64,000 nt of DNA, taken from sequence record PX441839.1; one strand, written 5' to 3'. The stretch is from a phage. The position numbers and the translations under genes are program-made. The notes below the pieces were generated by a model. The model saw only the letters and a program-made list of their open reading frames with translations, was not told the DNA's origin and made no database searches. This document shows, piece after piece, positions 20,123 to 28,842 of the stretch (its first letter is position 1; each line of letters begins with the position of its first letter).

Positions 20123-20308
20123 TTAACCACCTATCAACTTAAAGCTGCCATATACAGACGTTTCGAAGACAACCTGAGTTTGAACACCCTCATCGTTGAT
20201 TACTTCAACCATCTTCTTGTTTGGAGACATGACGAGGATCTTGTATTCCTTACCAGTTGTGAATAATCCCCAATCTGCATAGTGGCTGTTGGTGCATAAA
20301 AGCTTCAT
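20123..20308 (-). CDS. Hypothetical small protein
   Basis: 61 aa ORF. Confidence 0.3.
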   Translation of the reverse strand: MKLLCTNSHYADWGLFTTGKEYKILVMSPNKKMVEVINDEGVQTQVVFETSVYGSFKLIGG

Positions 20309-20312
20309 ATTC

Positions 20313-20531
20313 TTATACTCCTGGAGGTAAAGTTACGCCGCCTACGCTACGGCAGTTTCCCATACACTGGGTATTTGAACGTGCCAGTTGTTCTTCCAGT
20401 TCGTCATTCTTGTGCTGTTGGTACGCCATGAATTGTAACATTTCCCACATCTTGTCCATTAGGTGGTCTTTCTTTAAAGTCTTCCAGTATTTACGGAAGG
20501 CCACTTCATCCTCTTTGGTTAATGGTTTCAT
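20313..20531 (-). CDS. Hypothetical small protein
   Basis: 72 aa ORF. Confidence 0.35.
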   Translation of the reverse strand: MKPLTKEDEVAFRKYWKTLKKDHLMDKMWEMLQFMAYQQHKNDELEEQLARSNTQCMGNCRSVGGVTLPPGV

Positions 20532-20610
20532 TTGTTATCCCTCTTTCGTTTGGTATGGGATCATTATGAGGGTTCTGAGCAAGGAAGTCAACACCTTTCT
20601 GCAAATAAAA

Positions 20611-20630
20611 AGGCCACCCGAAGGTGGCCT
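20611..20630. terminator. Hairpin terminator (A-run and T-run flanked)
   Basis: AGGCCACC-CGAA-GGTGGCCT perfect 8-bp stem. Confidence 0.55.
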
Positions 20631-20635
20631 TAATT

Positions 20636-21028
20636 TTATTCCAGTTCTGCCAATTGTTTGCGGATTTCTTCCGGAGTTAATTTCTGTAACTCACGGGCCT
20701 CTGCATCTGCCAATTGCTGCAACAGAGCTTCACGCTTCTGTCGTTTTGCCGTTTCTTCCTGCTGTTTGGCAATCTCCTCTTTGCGGACCTTGATCACATG
20801 TTTAACAATTTCCATCGCCAGTTCAAGGCGTTCGTCCACAGAAGTCTTGTCATCAACAAAAGATTTTTCCCCTGCGGCCTTGATTTGCTTGTCAACAGAT
20901 ACTGCGATGGAGTTCAGGCTAACATTGTTACCTTTCAGCGGAAGTTGCCATAAATCTTCAACGGTGATCAGGCCACGCTGGGTTTCAAAACGCAGTTTTG
21001 CACGGGATGCTTTTTCAAAAATAGACAT
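20636..21028 (-). CDS. Coiled-coil protein
   Basis: 130 aa, charged heptad-like sequence (EEIAKQQEETAKRQKREALLQQLADAEARELQKL). Confidence 0.4.
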   Translation of the reverse strand: MSIFEKASRAKLRFETQRGLITVEDLWQLPLKGNNVSLNSIAVSVDKQIKAAGEKSFVDDKTSVDERLELAMEIVKHVIKVRKEEIAKQQEETAKRQKREALLQQLADAEARELQKLTPEEIRKQLAELE

Positions 21029-21092
21029 ATTTGTTCTCCTCAGTAATAAGTGATTTCGTGTTAATTATGGGGCCTTTCGGCCCCGTTGTCAA

Positions 21093-23111
21093 TTAAAATT
21101 TAATTTTCAGTGTTCGGGTGAAAGAACCAGACACTTTCACAGTAACTTCGTTTCGCACGGTATCCGAGAAACCAATACCTGCCAACTGACGATCAGACTT
21201 GGCAACCTTCATCTTAGCTGCAAGGTGTTCAAACACCTTACCGTGATCTTTAGCCAAATCGTTACGAAGATACTCATTATAGAATCCACGAGTACCCTCT
21301 GGATTGGCACAGCCCTCAAGGATGAAGAACATGTGCTTGTTTCCTACTCCTTGACCATCCCAATGGTTAGGAGAGTTCATCACCATAGAAACTTTCTGGA
21401 ACTGCTCTGTGGCGATACCCCACACTTCCTTGGACTGCTTGGTGCTGCCAATGGAGTCAAGAACCTTGATCCCGTGGATTCGAGAATACTCGAACGACAA
21501 CACCTTGACAGAACCTTTCTCACTTACAGCCTTGTCATAAACAAACTGTGTGGAGTTTCCACGGAAATCCAGTTCAACAACAAAACCTTCACGGTCACGA
21601 AGACGTTTGTTAAAGTTTTGAACCTCTACGCGATACACACCCTCAACCATACGGTTCATGTTAGGCCATGTAATGTTCTCAACCGGATTGAAAGCATCAG
21701 ATTCTCCGTATGCGTTCATATCGACATCCAGTTCAGCACCCGTGTTACCAAAACGGTTGCCAAAGTACACACGATTCCCGTTAGGTTCAATCAGGTACAG
21801 GTCAAGGTCATCTGGGTTAAACCACGACAGAGATACACGCAGTTCACCAGAAACACTACCACCCGCCGCCTTTACACGTTCCTTGATAGAGTCTGTAACT
21901 TCACCATTGTATGACCAAGAGAAGTTGTTATCCCATTTCAGCATATTAGGTGCATCTGGGTATACAGGTGCCACTAACGTCATCAGATTTGGAACATGAC
22001 GGTTTTCTACCAGAACTTCCAGAGCCTCTGCTTTAGGCAGGACGTTGGAAATAAAGTCTGCAATGCTGATCTCTTCTGCCTTGGCAGGTCCAGCCTTGGG
22101 CTTCTTAGCCGTGGCTAACAGGTCATCAAATGCATTCATCGCCTTCTTAGCTGAACGATCTGCAAACAGAACGTTATTGATAGTCAGGTCTTCTGCAACA
22201 GCATATCGACGAGGCAGTGAATCCATCATGCCCAACTCTTCAACTTTTTCCTGAGCCTTCTTGATCATGGCTTCTGTAACCAGCGCTGTCGGACGCTTAT
22301 AGTTTGCCGGGGCCATTACATTTTCCCAACGCTTAACCGCAGTTTCCAGATCCATGCCGTCAGAAAGATCTTGCAGCAGTGTACCTACCGCAGTGTTTCG
22401 GAACTTACCGAAAGCACCAAGTTCTTTACTCTTGGTCCATAAGAACGCATCACGGGACTCATCATTGTCGATATTATCAAACTCACGTTTGATTGCAACA
22501 AACTTCTCCAGTGTACCTTTGGCTTCATTGCCACGATACAGGGAGTTCTGAGCAATTAGTTCTAAAGCGGTTTCAGCAGAATCTGTGGTCAGTTCTTTCA
22601 GAGAACGTTCCAGAACTTGCTTGTTTCCACGGCTATCGTTTAACTTGGTCGGGATCTTGTCACCTCGCTCAACGTACTGGGACGGGAGAACCGCATGGAA
22701 GTGATTGAAGATGATAGTCTTCTCGTCACCAGCGCCTAAAATAACAGACCGCTCAGTACCAACCTTCGCCTGGAAGTGCAGAAACTCGTCAGTTACCTTT
22801 GCAGACTTAATAACATCCGCCATGGTATCAACCACCACCTGGTAGTAGCTTGGTACGGAGATGTCCCAAATAGTTACCATCTTGCCATCAACGAAAGTTA
22901 CAACTCGACCAAGGTCACGAATAAACTGCTTGCAGCAGTTGCAATCATATTCACGTCGCTCTTTGTAGATCAGGTTGGTTCCTTCTGGGAAAGAATCCAG
23001 GTAGGTGTTCCAAACAAGATCCTTATCCAAGGCCACCTCAAACAGGCCCGTCTTAGCCATCTTGGAAAGTTGTTTCTGCATTGCTGTTACAAAACCGTGG
23101 AAGTTGCTCAT
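21093..23111 (-). CDS. Large hypothetical protein (672 aa)
   Basis: Long uninterrupted ORF, no motif recognised; hairpin GGGGCC-TTTC-GGCCCC just downstream. Confidence 0.45.
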   Translation of the reverse strand: MSNFHGFVTAMQKQLSKMAKTGLFEVALDKDLVWNTYLDSFPEGTNLIYKERREYDCNCCKQFIRDLGRVVTFVDGKMVTIWDISVPSYYQVVVDTMADVIKSAKVTDEFLHFQAKVGTERSVILGAGDEKTIIFNHFHAVLPSQYVERGDKIPTKLNDSRGNKQVLERSLKELTTDSAETALELIAQNSLYRGNEAKGTLEKFVAIKREFDNIDNDESRDAFLWTKSKELGAFGKFRNTAVGTLLQDLSDGMDLETAVKRWENVMAPANYKRPTALVTEAMIKKAQEKVEELGMMDSLPRRYAVAEDLTINNVLFADRSAKKAMNAFDDLLATAKKPKAGPAKAEEISIADFISNVLPKAEALEVLVENRHVPNLMTLVAPVYPDAPNMLKWDNNFSWSYNGEVTDSIKERVKAAGGSVSGELRVSLSWFNPDDLDLYLIEPNGNRVYFGNRFGNTGAELDVDMNAYGESDAFNPVENITWPNMNRMVEGVYRVEVQNFNKRLRDREGFVVELDFRGNSTQFVYDKAVSEKGSVKVLSFEYSRIHGIKVLDSIGSTKQSKEVWGIATEQFQKVSMVMNSPNHWDGQGVGNKHMFFILEGCANPEGTRGFYNEYLRNDLAKDHGKVFEHLAAKMKVAKSDRQLAGIGFSDTVRNEVTVKVSGSFTRTLKIKF

Positions 23112-23141
23112 GTATATCTCCTTTGTAATTGGTTTCAGGTA

Positions 23142-23456
23142 TTACTTAATTGTGATAAAGTTTACTTTATTTTCTGCCAGGATGTCAATACGTAATTGAC
23201 GTTCATTTTCACGATAGTCGTCTATAATCTTATCCAACCTCTCTTTTTCCTCCTCATATTTTTCAGGAGGAAGTACACGGATTATGCTTTCAGCACGGTA
23301 ATAGCTGTAATCATTTACCTTTACTGACCCATCCCCTTGAAGAAATCCCTTGCTGACCCTGTATTTTGGAAAAAGGTCATACTTAACAATCGCCGTAACT
23401 GGCATTCCAAGTTCCCCCATCTTACACCACCTTTCTCTCCATATAAGCTTTAGCAA
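23142..23456 (-). CDS. Hypothetical protein
   Basis: 104 aa ORF. Confidence 0.35.
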   Translation of the reverse strand: MLKLIWRERWCKMGELGMPVTAIVKYDLFPKYRVSKGFLQGDGSVKVNDYSYYRAESIIRVLPPEKYEEEKERLDKIIDDYRENERQLRIDILAENKVNFITIK

Positions 23457-23661
23457 CTTGAATCCCTAATCGCTCCTGCGGGGTAGCTTCTTTGAAGCCT
23501 TCCCCCATCATTTTACGAAGTTGATACTGAGTCATTGCAGATTTAATGGTCTCTTCGTAACACTCGATTTCAACTGTAAACTTGACGATTTTCTTATCAG
23601 TCATGTTGGCCCCCTTTGTGCTTCGATGGGTGTATATTACCAGCTTTGATCTTGAAGTCAA
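23422..23661 (-). CDS. Hypothetical protein
   Basis: 79 aa ORF. Confidence 0.35.
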   Translation of the reverse strand: MTSRSKLVIYTHRSTKGANMTDKKIVKFTVEIECYEETIKSAMTQYQLRKMMGEGFKEATPQERLGIQVAKAYMERKVV

Positions 23662-23676
23662 CAGTTTTATGCAATA

Positions 23677-23702
23677 AAAAACCGCCCCGAAGGGCGGTTT
23701 TA
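23677..23702 (-). terminator. Rho-independent terminator closing the paralog array
   Basis: AACCGCCC-CGAA-GGGCGGTT hairpin with flanking A/T runs, directly after the stop at 23704. Confidence 0.6.
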
Positions 23703-23703
23703 A

Positions 23704-24825
23704 TTAATCTACACTTGCACTTATTTCAGTCGCAAGTCTAAAGCTCCCTTCGACCAAGCCAGGGATCTCCTCAACATTGTTAATTACAACATTTGACACT
23801 CTGACAGGAGGAGAACTCGGCAGGTAATCCTCCACCTTGCTTGCCACAACATCACCGTTTGTGTTTTTGACCACCAGTTTCGAGGCAGATCTTGATGTAG
23901 TGGTTGGAGCCTTTGTGTACGTTGTAACCTGAACAGCTTTTATCTGTTGACCACCTGGTGCTCTCCAGCTTGGGGACAGGGCTACAATTGGTGCCTTCCC
24001 TACAGTTTCAGATGCCAATGAATTCACAGCAGGGGAGTTCATAGCCCTCCCCATTGTATTTGAACCCCCATAGACGATATCTGAAATTGTTTGTGTCGTT
24101 CCTCCAGAGAAGCTACCTATGTCAGTGACACTTTGTGTTGTTCTTGTTATTTGGGGTTCACCCAAGAACTCAAAATTCCCTTCTTCATTGTATGCAGTAT
24201 ACATCCTTCCAAACATTAGTGGGTTAACAGTGTCGCCAAAGGCAACTCCATCGTACAAAGCACCAGAGAACCCTATGAAAAGTCCAGTCCCAACTGGCAT
24301 ACGCTCTGCGAAAGTGTAAGGACCAAGCGGCCCTGCCGGGGCATCTCCGTTGAGTGAGTTCCATGTCTCAAAGCTATCTTCACTGACCTTTCTTATACAC
24401 ACCTCCATGTAGTTATAACCAGGGGTGTACGATGATCGCATCAGGACTGTAGATGGGTCAACCCCATTGAACTGGTTTGTAAGTATCCCCGTCCGGAGGA
24501 ATCCTCTATTAAAGGGGAAGAATACCCGATACCCGAAGGTAAAGGTGGCATTCACTGGAGCTTCAAGAAGTATCTTCCTGACATCTATGGTGAACCCACC
24601 ATAATCTCCAGTGGAGCTTGTAAACCTGATTGCGAACACGGGGGATGATCCTCCACTCTGGGAGGCGGTCATAAGGGACCCCGGCAAGGTAGGTGATTTT
24701 ATCATAGATATTGACACACCGAGCTTTTTTGACAGGTACTCCTCAAGACCCTTTTCATAATCGTTGCTGGAATTATATGCGAATGGTGTCATATCCAAAA
24801 AATCTGTAAATCCGAGTATTGCCAT
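23704..24825 (-). CDS. Array paralog C (about 373 aa, possible lectin-like beta-sandwich)
   Basis: Shares diverged blocks with paralogs A and B (Y-x-A-[FY]-N-x-E-G; GDVVASK near the C-terminus); ATG with AAGGAG SD; overlaps the stop of micro-ORF C. Confidence 0.5.
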   Translation of the reverse strand: MAILGFTDFLDMTPFAYNSSNDYEKGLEEYLSKKLGVSISMIKSPTLPGSLMTASQSGGSSPVFAIRFTSSTGDYGGFTIDVRKILLEAPVNATFTFGYRVFFPFNRGFLRTGILTNQFNGVDPSTVLMRSSYTPGYNYMEVCIRKVSEDSFETWNSLNGDAPAGPLGPYTFAERMPVGTGLFIGFSGALYDGVAFGDTVNPLMFGRMYTAYNEEGNFEFLGEPQITRTTQSVTDIGSFSGGTTQTISDIVYGGSNTMGRAMNSPAVNSLASETVGKAPIVALSPSWRAPGGQQIKAVQVTTYTKAPTTTSRSASKLVVKNTNGDVVASKVEDYLPSSPPVRVSNVVINNVEEIPGLVEGSFRLATEISASVD

Positions 24826-24827
24826 AA

Positions 24828-25025
24828 TCACTCCTTAATTGGTGATGTTAAGACTTCTGTTACCACGAGTAGCGTGTTCTGTGCCAACTCAGGTTGAAGG
24901 AGAACCTCTGTGACCACAATGCCGACATTGGCAGAAAATTGTGGTGTAATAAGAACCTCTGTTGTCACTAAATAGACGTTGGAAAACATTGCCTGTTCCC
25001 CAACGGCGGTCATGATTTCAATCAT
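24828..25025 (-). CDS. Micro-ORF C: conserved N-module plus three 17-aa tandem repeats
   Basis: MIEIMTAVG..., then VTTEVLITPQFSANVGI / VVTEVLLQPELAQNTLL / VVTEVLTSPIKE; start overlaps the stop of paralog B (ATGA). Confidence 0.5.
   Translation of the reverse strand: MIEIMTAVGEQAMFSNVYLVTTEVLITPQFSANVGIVVTEVLLQPELAQNTLLVVTEVLTSPIKE
24831..24968 (-). repeat. Three tandem 51-bp (17-codon) repeats inside micro-ORF C
   Basis: Repeated AGAACCTCTGT(T/G)... units visible on the plus strand. Confidence 0.6.
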
Positions 25026-26089
25026 ACATCCACAACCCTCTCGCTGGAAGCAACGAACGAAAGACCTGCCAACTGGTCCCTTCCTGAAAGTGGAATAGTC
25101 ACCTTGCTAACCCCACGGGCGTAATCTTGACTATCGTTCTTTATGCTTTTCGATTTCAAAAGCTCACCATCAGAACTTACTATCTGAGATGTGATATCCA
25201 CAGACTTGCCTTGTACACTTGATCTTCCAACTAGTGTAGAGCTAACCGCAGCAATCTTCACAGAAGGGTCAAGAGTTGAAAGATTAGCTTTTGCCACTGC
25301 TGGGTTTACTAGGGTTGTTGGACCCAGCAATCCTCCCAAGTGATTATAGTTTAATCTGTTGGTAAGTGTTGCCTCCCCGTTTGGGTTATCACCTCCAGAT
25401 ACCAGTGTGTTTGGTAATGTTCTTACCGAGCAAGTTCCCAAACGCTCCTCAAGACCTTCCTTGTTGAATGCCCAATATTGGTCCATAAATGTTACCTCCA
25501 CTTGAGTGGTTGGTAACTTATTGGTGGTAAGAGGGGACCAATTATACCCAGTGCCTATTACCATTTGCTGGGGAAGAGAGTTTACAGAATCGTTTTGCAA
25601 GACAGTGCCGTCAACCCAAGCCCTTAGTCGATATGAGGTTGCAGAAACTTTACTTACTTCAAGCTCCACGTACACTGATCTTTCTGATCCCGAGTACCTC
25701 TGCATAGGGTAATCCAAAACTGCTGCCAAAGATCCAGAGGTAAACCCTCCCAACCTTAGGTCTGCGGTCATATATTCTTGGGGGATGATTACTCGGCTTC
25801 CGACCGTAAGGGTATCGCCAACATCCACAATCCAAGGCCCAATCGACGTCACAGTTGCTGCGTATGATGTCATCGTCGGAAAGAATGACACCTTATTTTG
25901 ACCAACGGTTCCGTACATGGTGCCGGATGAAATGTAGTAATCGAATCTACCTCCGTTTGAACCCACAGGGGTTTTTGGAATACAAGCGGCATTTAATGTT
26001 TGTAGCAGCAGGAGCGCATCGTTACCTTGTATTTGCCCCTTGTTAGGGAATTCCCTGAGGGAACCGAACCCATTGATGTGAAAAATCAT
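25022..26089 (-). CDS. Array paralog B (about 355 aa)
   Basis: Conserved blocks IVDVGDTLTVG, YWAFNKEGLEERLG, VGRSSVQG shared with paralog A; start overlaps micro-ORF B stop. Confidence 0.5.
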   Translation of the reverse strand: MIFHINGFGSLREFPNKGQIQGNDALLLLQTLNAACIPKTPVGSNGGRFDYYISSGTMYGTVGQNKVSFFPTMTSYAATVTSIGPWIVDVGDTLTVGSRVIIPQEYMTADLRLGGFTSGSLAAVLDYPMQRYSGSERSVYVELEVSKVSATSYRLRAWVDGTVLQNDSVNSLPQQMVIGTGYNWSPLTTNKLPTTQVEVTFMDQYWAFNKEGLEERLGTCSVRTLPNTLVSGGDNPNGEATLTNRLNYNHLGGLLGPTTLVNPAVAKANLSTLDPSVKIAAVSSTLVGRSSVQGKSVDITSQIVSSDGELLKSKSIKNDSQDYARGVSKVTIPLSGRDQLAGLSFVASSERVVDV

Positions 26090-26094
26090 ACAAC

Positions 26095-26286
26095 TCACCC
26101 CACAGTATAAAGATATTCTTGAACAAAAGCCGCTGAGTTAATCTCTGACGGGACATAATACAGATATTCTTGAACAAAAGCAACAGTATCTGTATTTGTT
26201 GGGGAGTAGTACAGGTACTCCTGAACAAAAGTCACAATCTCAGGATTAATGGCTCCACTTCCAGAGGCTGTCATCATCTCCAACAT
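26095..26286 (-). CDS. Micro-ORF B: conserved N-module plus three 17-aa tandem repeats
   Basis: MLEMMTASG..., then VQEYLYYSPTNTDTVAF / VQEYLYYVPSEINSAAF / VQEYLYTVG. Confidence 0.5.
   Translation of the reverse strand: MLEMMTASGSGAINPEIVTFVQEYLYYSPTNTDTVAFVQEYLYYVPSEINSAAFVQEYLYTVG
26098..26226 (-). repeat. Three tandem 51-bp repeats inside micro-ORF B
   Basis: Repeated GATATTCTTGAACAAAAGC-like units on the plus strand. Confidence 0.6.
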
Positions 26287-26302
26287 AGCATTACCTCAAT
26301 AA

Positions 26303-26320
26303 GACGCCCCGAAGGGCGTG
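26303..26320 (-). other. Inter-cassette RNA hairpin
   Basis: ACGCCC-CGAA-GGGCGT between paralog A stop and micro-ORF B start; only a weak T-run follows, so attenuator or processing site rather than full terminator. Confidence 0.35.
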
Positions 26321-26324
26321 TGAC

Positions 26325-27377
26325 TTAAACATTCGGTTCTTTTTCCCTTGAAGATACGAAACTGTAGTTTGTAAGTTCAGACATTGGTTTATCACTCACA
26401 TCCAAAACTGTTTCACAGAAACCTCCACGATAATCAGGGGTTACAGATTCCTTTGTGGTTGAGGATACTACCTTTCCAGTGTGATCCAGAATCTGACTGG
26501 TCACCGGAGCAGGAACTCCCGTTACCGACGACTTACCTACAGTTGTCATCTTAAAAGCCTTAATCCTTAGGTTAGGGTTCGGGCTTGGCATATTCACCTT
26601 TTGTACCATAGGGTCGCGAAGGGTTATCGGGTCCTGAGACCCTTTCGAGAGATCCCAATTAACCCTTGCGGTCCCCCAAGTGGACCCACCAGGGTTTTCA
26701 CTTCCTGCCGTTAATGTTCTTGGGACTTGGGTCACGGTTGCTCTCCCAATTCTCTCATCCCTTCCCTCAGTATTAAATGCAAAATAGATATCTTGGAAAT
26801 AAAAACTCCCCGCTGGGTTGGTGTTGGATTTCCAAAGAACACTTGTTCCAATAGCACCATAGTTGAACAGTTCCGACCCTTGACCCGCTTTCCTCAAAAG
26901 ACCGTTTACCCACATCTCGTAAGTGTATGGGTAATCAGGATGATCTGTTTTTCTAACTACCATCTCCACATACGGATTAGCTGTCCTATCTGTGTGGTCA
27001 CAAACCATGGTTAATGACGACAGATACCCATTTGAAAATCCACCAACCGCAGGTAATGAATTTGCGTGAGTAGATGTCATACCCAATCCACAACCAACCG
27101 TCAAAGCGTCCCCAACATCAATAATTATGGATGGGAGGTGAATATTCAAACATCCGATCCCTGATGGACCCAATACGTTCATTGACAACCTGTTGGTCCC
27201 AGGTAAAGATAGATTAGGGCTAGAACTCTGGTATGCATAATTTGCAAAAGTTGCACCTTGCTTTGGGCTTTGTGGGTGCCCGTACCGCAGAGAAGTTAAA
27301 ACGGTTTGGATATCGTTAGTGCTTACCAAGTTAGTTAATGGCTCCCACACAGAAAACCCCTGAATTCCGATAATCAT
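26325..27377 (-). CDS. Array paralog A (350 aa, possible lectin-like beta-sandwich)
   Basis: IIDVGDALTVG, YFAFNTEGRDERIG, VGKSSVTG blocks; SD AGAGGAAAG; ATG overlaps micro-ORF A stop (ATGA). Confidence 0.5.
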   Translation of the reverse strand: MIIGIQGFSVWEPLTNLVSTNDIQTVLTSLRYGHPQSPKQGATFANYAYQSSSPNLSLPGTNRLSMNVLGPSGIGCLNIHLPSIIIDVGDALTVGCGLGMTSTHANSLPAVGGFSNGYLSSLTMVCDHTDRTANPYVEMVVRKTDHPDYPYTYEMWVNGLLRKAGQGSELFNYGAIGTSVLWKSNTNPAGSFYFQDIYFAFNTEGRDERIGRATVTQVPRTLTAGSENPGGSTWGTARVNWDLSKGSQDPITLRDPMVQKVNMPSPNPNLRIKAFKMTTVGKSSVTGVPAPVTSQILDHTGKVVSSTTKESVTPDYRGGFCETVLDVSDKPMSELTNYSFVSSREKEPNV

Positions 27378-27574
27378 ACACTTTCCTCTATAACGTATAA
27401 ATATTCCGGCATTAAACCTATCGTACTTACATCGGGAATGATGGAGTACAAGTATTCCGGCATAATGCCTATAAGATTTACCTCTGGGGCCAGAATATAA
27501 AGATATTCCGGCATAAGACCTATGACCTCAACTGGGGCCTTTCTTACCCCTGATGCCGTCATCAATTCTATCAT
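27374..27574 (-). CDS. Micro-ORF A: conserved N-module plus three 17-aa tandem repeats
   Basis: MIELMTASGVRKAPVEVI, then GLMPEYLYILAPEVNLI / GIMPEYLYSIIPDVSTI / GLMPEYLYVIEESV. Confidence 0.5.
   Translation of the reverse strand: MIELMTASGVRKAPVEVIGLMPEYLYILAPEVNLIGIMPEYLYSIIPDVSTIGLMPEYLYVIEESV
27377..27520 (-). repeat. Three tandem 51-bp repeats inside micro-ORF A
   Basis: Repeated (A/G)ATATTCCGGCAT(T/A)A... units on the plus strand. Confidence 0.6.
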
Positions 27575-27586
27575 ACATACCCCCGA

Positions 27587-28426
27587 TTACACTTTTCTTG
27601 CATTGCTGGGAAATTCTCGTTTCTCCGTATCACCCCATATGATCCTTACAGCAGATGCACCTGGGGCATTTGAAGATCCGTGTCCAGACCCACCTCCGAA
27701 GTTTCCTCCTCGTCTACCACTCTGGTCTTCGCCTCCAGACCCACCTCTTGCACTTGTGGGGATTTGACCACCCCTGCCCCCTGCACCATTGACACCTACT
27801 CCGTAAATACCCACTCCACCACCGCCACCTGAGTTTTCACCAGATGACCCTGAGAAGTAATATCCTACAGATCCTCCACCCCCACCACCTTCCCCGCTAC
27901 CTCCAGCGGAGTAATTTGTAGAAGGGGGGTATGCATTACCTCCGTCCCCTCCCTTTCCTATATACCCTGCTGCACCTCCAGCGCCAGCACATCTTTTCCT
28001 GTCATTGGCGGAGGAGTTACTCCCTCCAGCACCACCTTTGTTTATTACCGCACCACCCATATCAGGATACGATCCTGTGTAAGGTTCCGGTCCAGAACCA
28101 AACCCTGCGACAACCAGCGGAGTTCCATCCCGAAAAAGTCCAACAACAGTTGTCCCATCATCGCTGCCTCTTGTGTGGACCTGTAGAGTCTCCCCAGGTA
28201 GCACAGGTATGTGGTTTCTCCATACTAGGTCTCCCCCAGCACCACCTCTACGTGGGAGAGGATCTGTTTGAGGCATCCCTCCTTGACCGACACACACTAC
28301 GCTAATATCTTCCACATTGTTTGGAACAACCCACAACTTAGGTGCAGTAGTGAGGGAAGTGTACTCCACATTCCCTAGTTTAACTGGAGCTTTAGTTTTT
28401 ACCGTCGCTGTCATTAATTCTAACAT
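27587..28426 (-). CDS. Glycine-rich protein with fused N-module
   Basis: Starts MLELMTATVKTKAPVKLGNVEY (resembles the micro-ORF N-module), followed by long GGxGG low-complexity tracts; start moved to the internal ATG that carries the shared motif. Confidence 0.45.
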   Translation of the reverse strand: MLELMTATVKTKAPVKLGNVEYTSLTTAPKLWVVPNNVEDISVVCVGQGGMPQTDPLPRRGGAGGDLVWRNHIPVLPGETLQVHTRGSDDGTTVVGLFRDGTPLVVAGFGSGPEPYTGSYPDMGGAVINKGGAGGSNSSANDRKRCAGAGGAAGYIGKGGDGGNAYPPSTNYSAGGSGEGGGGGGSVGYYFSGSSGENSGGGGGVGIYGVGVNGAGGRGGQIPTSARGGSGGEDQSGRRGGNFGGGSGHGSSNAPGASAVRIIWGDTEKREFPSNARKV

Positions 28427-28451
28427 AACTTTCCTCTTTAAGATACTAATT

Positions 28452-28709
28452 CTAGAACGGGTCTCCATCCAAGATCGGTATTAGCTGTACCGTTAATCTT
28501 CCCACCGAAGATATTCCCAGTAGACTAGGAGATACCTCTGCGTGGAACATGTTATTTTGGTACATTGTGAATTCAGTCGATAGTGAGTACCTGCCGTAAA
28601 TTGGAGGGTTAAAGTCCGTAGTTGGCAAAGTCAGAAGTGTCATAAGTACCTCTCTAAAATTCAATGCAATTGGATCGCTGTTTATAAAACCATAAAGTCT
28701 TCCTTCCAA
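28452..28709 (-). CDS. Hypothetical small protein
   Basis: 85 aa ORF inside the array; contains an EVLMTLLTL stretch. Confidence 0.3.
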   Translation of the reverse strand: MEGRLYGFINSDPIALNFREVLMTLLTLPTTDFNPPIYGRYSLSTEFTMYQNNMFHAEVSPSLLGISSVGRLTVQLIPILDGDPF

Positions 28710-28842
28710 ATTACCACAATTTCAAGCATTATTTACCCTCTGTGTTGCATGGAAGGATCTTTATTGATCCTCGACGTACCGCAGGATTCTTATCACTCCT
28801 TGCACACTGTTGTCGGGTACTGGTGAGTATAGCCTAGGTATC

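Noticed and set aside
27931-28305. Plus-strand ORFs antisense to the glycine-rich gene and the array (also 26727-27014, 24119-24319)
   Set aside because: Embedded in minus-strand genes with conserved paralogous protein sequence; no start signals.
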